From NCBI GenBank assembly GCA_036169735.1, contig JAVHNX010000051.1, positions 8,569-72,568 of the forward strand: 64,000 nt of DNA, given 5' to 3'. The position numbers were made by a program, and so were the translations under genes. Below the pieces are notes generated by a model, which worked only from the letters and a program-made list of their open reading frames with translations, was not told the origin of the DNA and did not search any database. Below, in pieces: positions 1 to 9,142 of this stretch (the first letter of the stretch is position 1; every line of letters begins with the position of its first letter). This DNA comes from Minisyncoccota bacterium. Lineage in GTDB: Bacteria; Patescibacteriota; Minisyncoccia; Phycocordibacterales; UBA9973.

Positions 1-1674
1 GCTGGTAAAGCAGCCAACAGAACCAATGTTTGTGCTTACAACTGTTCCTTTATCGCTCCAAAGTCTTTCCAAGACTTTGCAGAAATAATGTACATCTCAA
101 TGTGTGGTACTGGTGCTGGTTGGTCTGTTGAAAGTGAGAATATTCAAGCTTTACCTCAGATTAAAAAACAAACAGGAAAGATGCTTCCATCTTATGTTAT
201 TCCTGACAATAAAGAAGGTTGGGCAGATGCTTTCAGTTTCGCTTTGAAAACATGGTTTGAAGGTGAGGATGTTATTTTTGATTATTCTCTTATCCGTCCA
301 GCTGGTGCTCGCCTGAAAACAATGGGAGGAAAGAGTTCTGGTCCTGAACCACTTCGTTCTTTAATTGATTTCACTCGTGAGAGAGTTACCCGCAAACAAG
401 GTAGACACTTAACAAACCTAGATGCTCACGATATTATCTGTAAGATTGGTGAGTGCGTCGTCGCTGGAGGTGTCCGACGTAGTGCGATGATTTCCCTTTC
501 TGACTTAGACGATGAATCTATTCGTGATTCCAAGAAAGGTGCTTTTTATGTAAACGAAGGACAAAGAATGCTTGCAAACAACTCCGCAGTTTACAATTCC
601 AAACCATCTACCCCAGAATTCTTAGATGAATGGACTGCTCTTGTAAAGAGTGGTAGTGGAGAAAGAGGTATTTTCAATCGTGGAGGACTCGCAAAGACTT
701 TGCCAAAGCGTCGCTTGGATCAATTCAAAGGTGGCATCTATCCATCTTGGGGAACGAACCCATGCGGAGAAATTATTTTGCAATCAAAACAATTCTGTAA
801 TTTGAGCGAAGTTGTCGCTCGAGCTGATGATACTGAAGAAACCCTATTAAAGAAAATACGTATTGCGACAATCATCGGAACTTATCAGTCATCTTTGACA
901 TACTTCCCTTACCTTTCCAAGGAGTGGAAAAAGAATTGTGAAAAAGAAAGATTGCTCGGAGTATCTGTCACCGGTCAATGGGATTCTAGTCTCGTTCGGG
1001 AACCAAAAGTTCTTGAAAAATTAAAAGCTGCGTCAATTGAAGTAAACAAAAAATATGCGAAACGTTTTGAGATTGGAGAATCCACATGTATTACTTGTGT
1101 GAAACCATCTGGAACAGTCTCTCAGACTGTGGACTGTTCTTCTGGTATGCATCCTCGTCATGCTCCGTATTATATTCGCCGCGTTCGTATTTCCGCGACC
1201 GACAACCTCTTTAAAATGTTAAAGGATCAAGGTATGCCTTTTTATCCAGAAGTCGGACAGACTTTAGAGAATGCTTCTACCTATGTCCTTGAGTTCCCTG
1301 TCAAAGCTCCCGAAGGTGCAATCTGCAAAGATGACATCAGTGCACTAAGACAGCTTGAACACTGGAAAGTTGTTAAGCAACACTACACTGAACACAATCC
1401 TTCTGTCACCATTTCTGTCGGTGAAGATGAATGGATTACTGTTGCCAACTGGGTTTATGAAAACTGGGATCTAGTCGGAGGACTTTCTTTCCTTCCTCGT
1501 TCCAACCATGTCTACCAGCTTGCTCCTTACGAATCTATCACCAAAGAAAAATACGAAGAAATGCTTATGAAAGTAGATTGTCTTGATTTCTCCAAGATTG
1601 TTACTTACGAAACTGTTGATGAAACAGAAATGAAAAAAGAACTTGCTTGCGTCGGTGGCGTCTGTGAAATATAG
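1..1674 (+). CDS. nrdJ: Class II (adenosylcobalamin-dependent) ribonucleotide reductase, 5'-truncated by window edge
   Basis: Frame open from base 1 (AGKAANRTNVCAYNCSF). Motifs VVAGGVRRSA, GTNPCGEI, CNLSEV, CVKPSGTVS and C-terminal ACVGGVCEI. B12 adenosyltransferase immediately downstream. Confidence 0.93.
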   Translation, partial: AGKAANRTNVCAYNCSFIAPKSFQDFAEIMYISMCGTGAGWSVESENIQALPQIKKQTGKMLPSYVIPDNKEGWADAFSFALKTWFEGEDVIFDYSLIRPAGARLKTMGGKSSGPEPLRSLIDFTRERVTRKQGRHLTNLDAHDIICKIGECVVAGGVRRSAMISLSDLDDESIRDSKKGAFYVNEGQRMLANNSAVYNSKPSTPEFLDEWTALVKSGSGERGIFNRGGLAKTLPKRRLDQFKGGIYPSWGTNPCGEIILQSKQFCNLSEVVARADDTEETLLKKIRIATIIGTYQSSLTYFPYLSKEWKKNCEKERLLGVSVTGQWDSSLVREPKVLEKLKAASIEVNKKYAKRFEIGESTCITCVKPSGTVSQTVDCSSGMHPRHAPYYIRRVRISATDNLFKMLKDQGMPFYPEVGQTLENASTYVLEFPVKAPEGAICKDDISALRQLEHWKVVKQHYTEHNPSVTISVGEDEWITVANWVYENWDLVGGLSFLPRSNHVYQLAPYESITKEKYEEMLMKVDCLDFSKIVTYETVDETEMKKELACVGGVCEI

Positions 1675-1687
1675 AGAGAAATCTAAT

Positions 1688-2245
1688 ATGTTATATACAA
1701 GAAAAGGTGACGATGGCACAACTAAAACTTTTGGATGCAATCAACGTATTTCCAAAAGTTCTAGTGTCGCCGAAGCCCTTGGCTCTCTTGATGAGATTAA
1801 CTCTTTTCTAGGTTTAGTAAAAATAAAATCTGAAAAGGTTTCTTTTTCTCTACCCACTGGAGATATTTTACTCAGTGAAACTATCGGACGTATTCAACAA
1901 GACCTTTTTATTATCCAAGCGGAACTCGCAGGTGCAGAGAAAACTATTTCCGAAGAAAAAGTGAAATGTCTGGAAGAAATAGTAAATGGTATAGAAAAAA
2001 TACTTCCACCCATCAAGACATTTTTTGTTTCAGGGGGTACCGAACTCGCAGCCCTTTCCGACATTGCTCGAACTATTGCTCGCCGAGCAGAGAGAAGAGT
2101 TGTTGGAGTAGCCGAGGAACAAATACAGCCAGTCAGTAAGAATACTCTAGCGTATCTAAACCGCCTCTCAAGCGTCCTGTATGCTTTTGCTCGTGCAGCG
2201 AACCATGTTGCTGGAATTAATGAAGAATCACCAACTTATAATTAA
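1688..2245 (+). CDS. PduO-type cob(I)alamin adenosyltransferase
   Basis: MLYTRKGDDGTT, GSLDEINS, RTIARRAERR and YLNRLSS motifs; start placed at ATG 1688. Confidence 0.92.
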   Translation: MLYTRKGDDGTTKTFGCNQRISKSSSVAEALGSLDEINSFLGLVKIKSEKVSFSLPTGDILLSETIGRIQQDLFIIQAELAGAEKTISEEKVKCLEEIVNGIEKILPPIKTFFVSGGTELAALSDIARTIARRAERRVVGVAEEQIQPVSKNTLAYLNRLSSVLYAFARAANHVAGINEESPTYN

Positions 2246-2254
2246 ATAATGTTA

Positions 2255-2292
2255 AATAAAAATTCCACATGACTACATGTGGAATTTTTATT
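2255..2292. terminator. Intrinsic terminator hairpin
   Basis: aataaaaattccacatg-acta-catgtggaatttttatt just after the adenosyltransferase stop. Confidence 0.7.
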
Positions 2293-2328
2293 CGCATTTG
2301 GAGTGCGATTATTGTATAATTTGTTTAT

Positions 2329-2781
2329 ATGACTATTGAATGGCAAGCACTTGAACATGAGGAAGTAGAACACACTACTGATTGGTTCTGGGCTCTTGGT
2401 ATTATTGTTGTGGCTAGTTCTGTAACAGCAATTATTTTTAGCAATTACTTCTTTGCTTTTATTCTTATTTTAAGCGGAGTGATGCTTGGATTTTTTGCAA
2501 CAAAGAAACCAGACATGGTCACTTATGAACTAAATGACAAAGGACTAAAAATAAACAATCAGTTTTACCCTTACAAAAATATAAAATCCTTCTGGGTACA
2601 AACAGAACCAAAGCCCACTCTCTTCTTAAAACTAGACCGTTTCTATATGCCCATGATTTCTATCCCTATAGAAGAACAAGCGGCTGAAGAAATGAAGGAC
2701 TTATTACTCGAAAAGGAGGTTATTGAAGAAGAAATGAAAGAACATGTGTCTGAAAAAATAATGAACACTTTGGGTTTCTAA
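2329..2781 (+). CDS. Conserved hypothetical membrane protein (2 TM segments plus soluble domain)
   Basis: 150 aa ORF; W..LEH..DWFW followed by two hydrophobic helices. Confidence 0.75.
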   Translation: MTIEWQALEHEEVEHTTDWFWALGIIVVASSVTAIIFSNYFFAFILILSGVMLGFFATKKPDMVTYELNDKGLKINNQFYPYKNIKSFWVQTEPKPTLFLKLDRFYMPMISIPIEEQAAEEMKDLLLEKEVIEEEMKEHVSEKIMNTLGF

Positions 2782-2789
2782 TTTTAATT

Positions 2790-2829
2790 AAAGTCCACCC
2801 TGTCACTCGCGAGCGACAGGGTGGACTTT
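2790..2829. terminator. Hairpin / probable terminator
   Basis: aaagtccaccctgtc-N10-gacagggtggacttt followed by a T-run. Confidence 0.6.
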
Positions 2830-2863
2830 TTCCCTAAAAATGTTAATCTGTAAGTGTTCGATT

Positions 2864-2935
2864 GCCCTCATAGTTTAATGGATAGAATACGAGCTTGCGG
2901 AGTTTGTGATGTAGGTTCGATTCCTACTGAGGGCA
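2864..2935 (+). tRNA. tRNA-Arg(GCG), CCA not encoded
   Basis: Cloverleaf: acceptor gccctca/tgagggc, anticodon arm cgagc-ttGCGga-gtttg, T arm gtagg-ttcgatt-cctac. Confidence 0.92.
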
Positions 2936-3185
2936 CAATAAAAAAAGGCTTCGCTTTGCGAAGTCTTTTTTTATTGTGCCCGAATAGAGCCAACTGCTTG
3001 GCTCTATGTAGGAATCGAAAAGCTTTTCATTATTTAGCGTAGCTAAATTGAAAAGGTATACTGTCCTCGTAGAGGAAGATATCCTACTGCTTAAATTCTT
3101 AAGGTATACTGTTCCTGTAAGGAAAGGTTCCTACAATTTATTTGATACTGTCCTTGTAGAGAAAGATATCCTACTGATTAAATTT
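2931..3185. repeat. tRNA-associated inverted and direct repeat module
   Basis: Inverted copies of the tRNA 3' end (ttgtgccc, gtaggaatcgaa), then three ~40-45 bp direct repeats (at 3053, 3101, 3144) ending in tcctac. Confidence 0.75.
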
Positions 3186-3232
3186 CCAAATTTTACTAAA
3201 CTAGCAAAAAGTGTGCTAATATAAAAAAACCA

Positions 3233-4015
3233 ATGCGAACCAACAAAAAACAAAAGAAAATAATAAGGAAGGTTGAAGCTGTAGTGGAAGAAGAAAAGGA
3301 ACCAACCTTCCCTATGCGTATTAACAAATACCTAGCATGGAAACAGATTTCCACTCGCCGAGGTGCTGACAAGCTAATTGAAGACAGGCAGGTTTTTGTA
3401 AATGGTAAACTAGCGAAACTAGGCAGTAAAGTTCTAGAAAAAGATAAAGTAGAAGTAAAAGGAAATAAAAGCCAAAAAGCTTATGTTTATTTTGCTTATA
3501 ACAAACCAGTTGATATCATTACTCACTCTCCACAAAGAGAAGAAAAAGATATCAAAGAAAGTATAAAAAAAACTGGTCTACCAGATGATGTCTTCCCTAT
3601 TGGCCGACTCGACAAAAATTCTCATGGACTAATGATTCTGACCAATGACGGCAGAATTACTGACCAATTATTGAACCCAAAATATACTCACGAAAAAGAA
3701 TACATCGTAAAAACTTCCAACAAGCTCCGTGCCAACTTCAAACAAAAAATGGAAGCTGGAGTAAATATTGAAGGCTACACAACCAAACCATGTAAAGTAT
3801 TAATCGTAAATGATTTCGCTTTCAAAGTCACTCTGACCGAAGGAAAGAAGCACCAGATCCGCAGAATGTGTTCAGCTCTCTTCCAAGAAATAGCAGATTT
3901 GAAACGTGTTCGATTTATGAATATCAAACTCGGTACTTTAAAACCAAACGCTTTCCGAAAACTTGAAGGTGAAGAACTCAAAGCTTTCCTAGATCCAATC
4001 TTAAAACAGAATTAA
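3233..4015 (+). CDS. rRNA pseudouridine synthase, RsuA/RluB/RluF family with S4 domain
   Basis: MRINKYLA..STRRGAD, NKP, GRLDKNSHGL and LTEGKKHQIRRM motifs. Confidence 0.92.
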   Translation: MRTNKKQKKIIRKVEAVVEEEKEPTFPMRINKYLAWKQISTRRGADKLIEDRQVFVNGKLAKLGSKVLEKDKVEVKGNKSQKAYVYFAYNKPVDIITHSPQREEKDIKESIKKTGLPDDVFPIGRLDKNSHGLMILTNDGRITDQLLNPKYTHEKEYIVKTSNKLRANFKQKMEAGVNIEGYTTKPCKVLIVNDFAFKVTLTEGKKHQIRRMCSALFQEIADLKRVRFMNIKLGTLKPNAFRKLEGEELKAFLDPILKQN

Positions 4016-4046
4016 AAAAGCCCCCTTTATTTTAAGGGGGCTTTTT
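4015..4046. terminator. Bidirectional terminator
   Basis: aaaaagccccctt...aagggggcttttt between convergent genes. Confidence 0.75.
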
Positions 4047-4062
4047 GTTTTTAGTAAAATGT

Positions 4063-4581
4063 TTATCGTCTTACTTGGTTTTTGGATTGTTCTTTGTACA
4101 TATCCTGAACATCATTCAAGGCTTCAGTAGGTTCTTCTTCCTTCTTTAACACCTTGAACTCTTCTTCAACTTTACAGTTTGGAACTGAACACACATACTT
4201 TCCATGAAAGAAATGTTTTCTCATTGCTTCAATAATATCAGCAAGTAGATTTATTTCTTCTTTGTTTTGTGCTGGAATTTTAGATAGGATTTCAAAGTAT
4301 CCACCATCATCCCAAACACTCAGGATTTTTAAAGACTGTATCCCAACATGGTTATGTACTGGAGCCTTATGGCAGCGGCAACATTTTTCTTTACCACTTA
4401 CTAGGTCATTAAAAATTAAATACTTAATTTTTAAATTTTTACCAAGACTGGTTTGATTTCTAATTTTGAAATCATCAGTATTAAAGTTAAATTCATAATT
4501 AGAATCTAACGTTAAATTTTTTCCAACAGAGATTAAACTGTTGGACAAGATTAAATTAACATTTTCTGTGTCTGTTTTCAT
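4063..4581 (-). CDS. Hypothetical protein with Cys/His clusters
   Basis: 172 aa ORF (CCRCHK..H.H, CSVPNC); its own TTGACA-17-TATTAT promoter lies upstream. Confidence 0.6.
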   Translation of the reverse strand: MKTDTENVNLILSNSLISVGKNLTLDSNYEFNFNTDDFKIRNQTSLGKNLKIKYLIFNDLVSGKEKCCRCHKAPVHNHVGIQSLKILSVWDDGGYFEILSKIPAQNKEEINLLADIIEAMRKHFFHGKYVCSVPNCKVEEEFKVLKKEEEPTEALNDVQDMYKEQSKNQVRR

Positions 4582-4760
4582 TTGTTTTAGATTTATTGAT
4601 TATCTATATTCCCATAAAGAAACAGAGATAATCAATAAATACAGACAAAAGTACTAACAAAGAACTACATCAATACGTGTTCGATAATATCGTATCAACC
4701 AAAGATTGTCAATGCAATACAAAATAAAATCCCCCGACCTAAGTCGAAGGATTTTTTGTT

Positions 4761-6281
4761 TTATTTTTCCAAATCTAGAATTTCATCAATCCTAATTTGT
4801 TTTACGAATTCTGGTACGTGAGAAACCAAGATCATCGCTCCTTGGTATTTATCCAGCGCTTCGGCAATTACCGGCAAGTGACGGAAGTTTATATGGTTTG
4901 TTGGCTCGTCTAAGATGAGCAAGCCTGGCTTTTGAAGTACTAGTCTAGCAAAAGATACTAGACCTTTTTGTCCTTCAGACAAGCTACCAATACGAGTACG
5001 GATAAATTCTCCAGTAATCAAGAATCCTGCAGCAATAGAACGCATTCTTTCTTCATCCAATTTTTCTCCACCATCAAGCATTGCACTCGCAAGAGATTGG
5101 TACACTGTGTCGTCAAAATTGAGTGTAGAGAAGTCTTGTCGGTAATACCCAATACGAATACCTTCTTTGACTGTCTCCCCTTCAGACTTGCCACTCGCAA
5201 GTTTTTCCAACAAAGTACTCTTGCCAATACCATTAGGGCCGGCCAAAAGTAAGTGCTGATTTTTCTTCAAAGAAATATTCGCTTTATGTTTTACTATTTT
5301 ATGTTTTTTAGGATCCATTATCGAAAAAGAATTGATACTAAATATCTCACCAACCATATCTGGCTGAGATGGAATAGTAAAAGGTCGAATGGTCCTGTCT
5401 TCTTTGCGAACCTCCACAATATCTTCTTCAAGTTCTTCCGCTTTCTCACGCATACGTCGCGCAACTAATCTTAGTCGTCCTCCTTTGTGCGCGAAGACAT
5501 TGGCCTGATCTTTCTTGGCTTGAATTTCTTTTGCGAGTTGAGCGTTCTTTGCATTTTCTCTCTCGACTCGAGCAGTAATATCTTTCACCACATTAAAATA
5601 GTTCCCGACGTATTGTTCAATCTTTCGAGTATAAACATCTAAATACAGGACACCTTCAGTAAAAGCATTCAAAAATTCCGCATCGTGGGAAATAACCAAA
5701 ACAGTTTTTGTATAACTCATCAAAAATTTTGTCAGGTGAGCAATACCGGCTTTGTCGAGATTGTTTGTCGGTTCATCGAGCAAAAGTAAATCTGGGTCCT
5801 GAATAAGAGCAGAAGCCAAGAGTAAACGAGCTTGTTGACCACCAGAAAAAGTTTTAATTATTCTGTCATGCACTTTATCGTGGCCTTTTAAATTTACTAC
5901 TTCTAAAATATCATTAATCTTTACATCAATGTTGTAAATCTTTTTTTGAACACCCTCACCCCGTTCCTCTCCCTTATGGAGAGGGGGTTCCATAAAACAT
6001 TTTTCAAAAAATTCTCGGACTGTTAGGTCAAGTTGATCACGAGGGATAACCTGTCGTGCGGAAGCGATAGTCAAACCTTTTACAACATTAATGATTCCGG
6101 ATTCCGGTTTGAAAGAACTAGAGATAAGTCCGAAGATAGTACTCTTTCCAGCACCATTCTGACCCATCAAAGTGAACTTTGCGCCACGGCGAATAGAAAA
6201 ACTAACCTCTTCTAAAATAGGTTTGTTTATTCCGAACTCAAACGAGACATCATCGAATCGAACTATAGTTTCTTGAGCCAT
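4761..6281 (-). CDS. ABC-F family ATPase (ribosome-associated)
   Basis: Two ABC domains (GQNGAGKS/FSGGQ/LLLDEPTN and GPNGIGKS/LSEGQ/LILDEPTN), helical linker, no TM segments. Confidence 0.92.
   Translation of the reverse strand: MAQETIVRFDDVSFEFGINKPILEEVSFSIRRGAKFTLMGQNGAGKSTIFGLISSSFKPESGIINVVKGLTIASARQVIPRDQLDLTVREFFEKCFMEPPLHKGEERGEGVQKKIYNIDVKINDILEVVNLKGHDKVHDRIIKTFSGGQQARLLLASALIQDPDLLLLDEPTNNLDKAGIAHLTKFLMSYTKTVLVISHDAEFLNAFTEGVLYLDVYTRKIEQYVGNYFNVVKDITARVERENAKNAQLAKEIQAKKDQANVFAHKGGRLRLVARRMREKAEELEEDIVEVRKEDRTIRPFTIPSQPDMVGEIFSINSFSIMDPKKHKIVKHKANISLKKNQHLLLAGPNGIGKSTLLEKLASGKSEGETVKEGIRIGYYRQDFSTLNFDDTVYQSLASAMLDGGEKLDEERMRSIAAGFLITGEFIRTRIGSLSEGQKGLVSFARLVLQKPGLLILDEPTNHINFRHLPVIAEALDKYQGAMILVSHVPEFVKQIRIDEILDLEK
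5948..5990 (+). repeat. Family C palindromic element, in frame inside the ABC-F gene
   Basis: gaacaccctcaccccgttcctctcccttatggagagggggttc; encodes EPPLHKGEERGEGV on the minus strand. Confidence 0.8.
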
Positions 6282-6375
6282 TGATACAATCTATCCTATT
6301 TGAGCCAAAATTGAAAGCTTTTTATCTCAATTGGCACAAATGACCTACTGAGTGTGGATAATTCAAATAGACTCT

Positions 6376-6404
6376 TTGACAAATACCCTGCAATGTACTA
6401 CACT
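6376..6404 (+). promoter_or_regulatory. Sigma70 promoter of the cold-shock gene, with ~105-nt structured 5' UTR
   Basis: TTGACA-17bp-TACACT; UTR closed by an aaataagt/acttattt stem. Confidence 0.65.
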
Positions 6405-6514
6405 TGTAGGGCATAAATAAGTCCTGAGCCTAAGGGTGAAATACTCAAGGGGTTCGAAAAGAGTCGATTTCTCGAAATACTTATTTTGTAATTTAATCAT
6501 ATAACAAAAAAATC

Positions 6515-6712
6515 ATGACTGGTATAATCAAAAGATTAACTGATAAAGGTTTTGGCTTCATTACTGGAGAGGGTCTTTCAAAAGATTTATTCTTCCACAG
6601 TAATTCTCTTGTCGGAGTAAATTTCGATGAGTTACACGAAGGTGACGCTGTTTCTTTCGAAACAGAAGAATCTCCAAAAGGATTGAACGCTGTAAACGTA
6701 CAACGCGCATAG
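6515..6712 (+). CDS. cspA: Cold-shock protein
   Basis: KGFGFI (RNP1), DLFFH (RNP2), KGLNAVNV. Confidence 0.95.
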   Translation: MTGIIKRLTDKGFGFITGEGLSKDLFFHSNSLVGVNFDELHEGDAVSFETEESPKGLNAVNVQRA

Positions 6713-6719
6713 TATTCAA

Positions 6720-6755
6720 TAAAAAACACCCCGACCTTGGTCGGGGTGTTTTTTA
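6720..6755. terminator. Bidirectional terminator built on the family D palindrome
   Basis: aaaaaacaccccgac-cttg-gtcggggtgtttttt. Confidence 0.8.
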
Positions 6756-7016
6756 TTTGTCTTGAGCCCAATCTTTTAATTCTTGATAGTCAGCTTCTCC
6801 ACAGATCCATTTTCCAGTTTTTTCATTATAGAAAAAAGGAACACCTCCACAAAAGGTTTTATCTAATTCTTCAAGTCTTTTTGCATTTTCTTCATTATGC
6901 CAAACTTCCAAAGCTTCAACTTTAATTCCCTCTTCTTTTTCGAGCTTTATAACAAGCTCATGCATCTCCACACAATGTGGGCATTCAGTTCCATAAAATT
7001 CTAATAGGTGTGACAT
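6753..7016 (-). CDS. Thioredoxin/glutaredoxin-like protein
   Basis: CPHC active site and GVPFF cis-Pro motif. Confidence 0.85.
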   Translation of the reverse strand: MSHLLEFYGTECPHCVEMHELVIKLEKEEGIKVEALEVWHNEENAKRLEELDKTFCGGVPFFYNEKTGKWICGEADYQELKDWAQDK

Positions 7017-7039
7017 ATTTAAAGTTAAATTTTCAGCAA

Positions 7040-7141
7040 ATAAAGAATTTTGTTTTTAGGGGGTTTTTCGTGCGTCGGCACGAAAACTTCAGAATTTTTA
7101 AAGCTTTAAAAATTCGTACCCTAGAAAACAAAGTTCTTTAT
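7040..7141. repeat. Long-stem multibranch hairpin element
   Basis: ~22-bp outer stem enclosing two inner hairpins (gtttttcgtgc-gtcg-gcacgaaaac and gaatttttaaagctttaaaaattc). Confidence 0.7.
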
Positions 7142-7145
7142 GGTG

Positions 7146-7397
7146 CTACTTTACTAATCTAGTTAAACGAGATTTCTTGCGAGAAGCAGTATTCTTCTTG
7201 ATAGCACCGTTCTTTGCAGCTTTATCAATAGCTTGATAAGCTTCTGAAAGCATTTTCTGTGCTTCAGCTTTGTCTGACTTAGATGTTTTTTCAATCTTTT
7301 TAACTACTTCCTTCATTGTTCGCTTTCGACGGTCATTAATAGCCTTCTTTCGAAGTGAACCGCGGATCGCTTTTTTAGCTGATTGTGTTATAGGCAT
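7146..7397 (-). CDS. rpsT: 30S ribosomal protein S20
   Basis: MPITQSAKKAIR...IDKAAKNGAIKKNTASRKKSRL. Confidence 0.95.
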   Translation of the reverse strand: MPITQSAKKAIRGSLRKKAINDRRKRTMKEVVKKIEKTSKSDKAEAQKMLSEAYQAIDKAAKNGAIKKNTASRKKSRLTRLVK

Positions 7398-7450
7398 AAA
7401 CACACAATACCAAAAATGCTTTAAAAAGGCAAATCTGATATGATAAAACC

Positions 7451-8014
7451 ATGATCGGTAGTATAAAAGGAAAAATAATCTTCAAAGCAGATAAATATCT
7501 GATAGTGGAAACAGGTGGCGTCGGATACAAAATAAATGTCTCCCCTGATGCTTCATTAATGGTTTTTAAAATTAATCAAGAAGTTTTTCTTTGGATTCAT
7601 ACTCATATAAGAGAAGATGCGATGGACCTTTATGGTTTCCTCGACATAAAAGAATTGGAATTTTTCGAAATGCTTATCAGCGTCTCAGGAATCGGACCTA
7701 GAAGTGGTCTCGCAATTTTAGGTATTGCTTCAATTGAAACTTTAAGAAAAGCTATCGGAACAAGTGATACTTCTTACCTCACAAAAATTTCTGGTATTGG
7801 TAGAAAAACAGCAGAAAAAATTGTTATCGAACTTCGAGACAAAATGGGTAAAGAAGAATCTGATGGTTCCCTTCAAGAAGAGATGGACACACTCGAAGCC
7901 TTGAAAGCTCTCGGCTACTCACAGTCTGAAGCGCGTGATGCCCTTAAACAAACCAAAGCAACAGATACTAATACAAAAATAAAAGAGGCTTTAAAGATTC
8001 TTGGGGGAAGATAA
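7451..8014 (+). CDS. ruvA: Holliday junction DNA-binding protein RuvA
   Basis: GGVGY, REDAMDLYGF, VSGIGPR, GIGRKTAEKI, ALKALGYS. Confidence 0.96.
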   Translation: MIGSIKGKIIFKADKYLIVETGGVGYKINVSPDASLMVFKINQEVFLWIHTHIREDAMDLYGFLDIKELEFFEMLISVSGIGPRSGLAILGIASIETLRKAIGTSDTSYLTKISGIGRKTAEKIVIELRDKMGKEESDGSLQEEMDTLEALKALGYSQSEARDALKQTKATDTNTKIKEALKILGGR

Positions 8015-8105
8015 AGCAAGATATCTTAAATTTTTTCCCACTACGCCCTCCTCGGAGTACCGAGCGGGACCCCTCATGGATAAAAAATTTAAGATATCTT
8101 GCTTT
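8013..8105. repeat. Long-stem hairpin element with GC-rich core
   Basis: Perfect 24-bp arms (aaagcaagatatcttaaatttttt) around a core containing ctcgg-agta-ccgag. Confidence 0.75.
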
Positions 8106-8106
8106 T

Positions 8107-8261
8107 AAAAAACTTTAAACTTGTGTTTTAAAAAGCATTGCACAGGCCGACGGGCCGAGCATAGCAAATTTTTGATTCTGCAGAATCATGCCGCGCAATG
8201 TCGATTGAAGCGCGGCCTCTTAATTATGTGCGGTTTTTAAAATACAAGTTTGAGGTTTTTT
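8107..8261 (+). repeat. Family A element, intergenic copy with expanded inner branch
   Basis: Core aagcattgcacaggccgacgggccgagcatagcaa...tatgtgcggttt; 28-bp arms whose three mismatches are all G-T. Confidence 0.9.
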
Positions 8262-8273
8262 AATTTTATATTT

Positions 8274-9125
8274 TTACGGAAAGAAATTATTTTTAATCCC
8301 CTTAACAGTCATGTCAGCCATTGTTTTATAAGCCTGATGACGTGTGGAACTCTTGCGAAATATTTTTTCGTAAACATACCCGTATTCAATAAGGATAGAG
8401 CGAACATTTGATGACAAAGTATTACTAGACCCAAGGGCTATTAGCTTTTGATCTGGAATCAATCCACCTTCTTCTTCTGGAAGTGTACTCGTTTTATATT
8501 TTTTAGAAAGTTGAGTAAAAACATTACCTGCTAACTTGGCACTCTTTAAAGAATTAGAGAACTGTCCATCTGGCATATAAATACTAAAACCTTTATAATC
8601 ACCTATTTTCCATTTTGTTGATCGTGGAATATCATTGAAATGAATATGAATTACAGCATCCATTTTATTTTCATTCGCCCATTTGTTTATCCCATACAAT
8701 TGGATAGAAGTATTTTTCGCGACTGAGTTGTGTACGACAACCACATTATTAACAAAAGCTCCACTGGAAACTTTTTTCTTCATCTCCTTTTTGGCGTTAT
8801 CTCTAAAAGAAATAATATCTGCTTCATGTAAGGACAAGTAACTAGTAAACTCTGTCGAGTAACCCTGACTGTTACGAGTAATATAAACCTTAAATCTTTT
8901 ATCCTTTTTAAGTAAGTTATATATTTGTGTTGCTAAAACTAGGTTCATGTCTGCTTCTTTTATGTTTCCATACTGTGCACCCCATATTTCATTGTCATGG
9001 CCTGGAACAAGTAATATTTTAATAGGCACCACTGGTTTTAGTATAGTTTTTACAACAGGTTTAGCTGCCTGTATAAAAAATACAGGAAATAAAAACATTA
9101 TTAGTATGAATAATACTTTCTTCAT
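8274..9125 (-). CDS. N-acetylmuramoyl-L-alanine amidase (Amidase_3), secreted
   Basis: Signal peptide, ILLVPGHD, EADMNL, IHIHFN and LIEYGY zinc motifs. Confidence 0.85.
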   Translation of the reverse strand: MKKVLFILIMFLFPVFFIQAAKPVVKTILKPVVPIKILLVPGHDNEIWGAQYGNIKEADMNLVLATQIYNLLKKDKRFKVYITRNSQGYSTEFTSYLSLHEADIISFRDNAKKEMKKKVSSGAFVNNVVVVHNSVAKNTSIQLYGINKWANENKMDAVIHIHFNDIPRSTKWKIGDYKGFSIYMPDGQFSNSLKSAKLAGNVFTQLSKKYKTSTLPEEEGGLIPDQKLIALGSSNTLSSNVRSILIEYGYVYEKIFRKSSTRHQAYKTMADMTVKGIKNNFFP

Positions 9126-9142
9126 TGTAGTACAATAATACC

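Noticed and set aside
2854-3042. 62-aa ORF, and likewise 10904-11149
   Set aside because: Shadow ORFs over tRNA genes.
3053-3185. Three direct repeats as a CRISPR array
   Set aside because: Repeats are degenerate and nearly adjacent, with no spacers of uniform length and no cas genes.
8134-8233. Family A core as a hammerhead or other known ribozyme
   Set aside because: No CUGANGA/GAAA core is visible on either strand; other ribozyme classes cannot be excluded without a model search.
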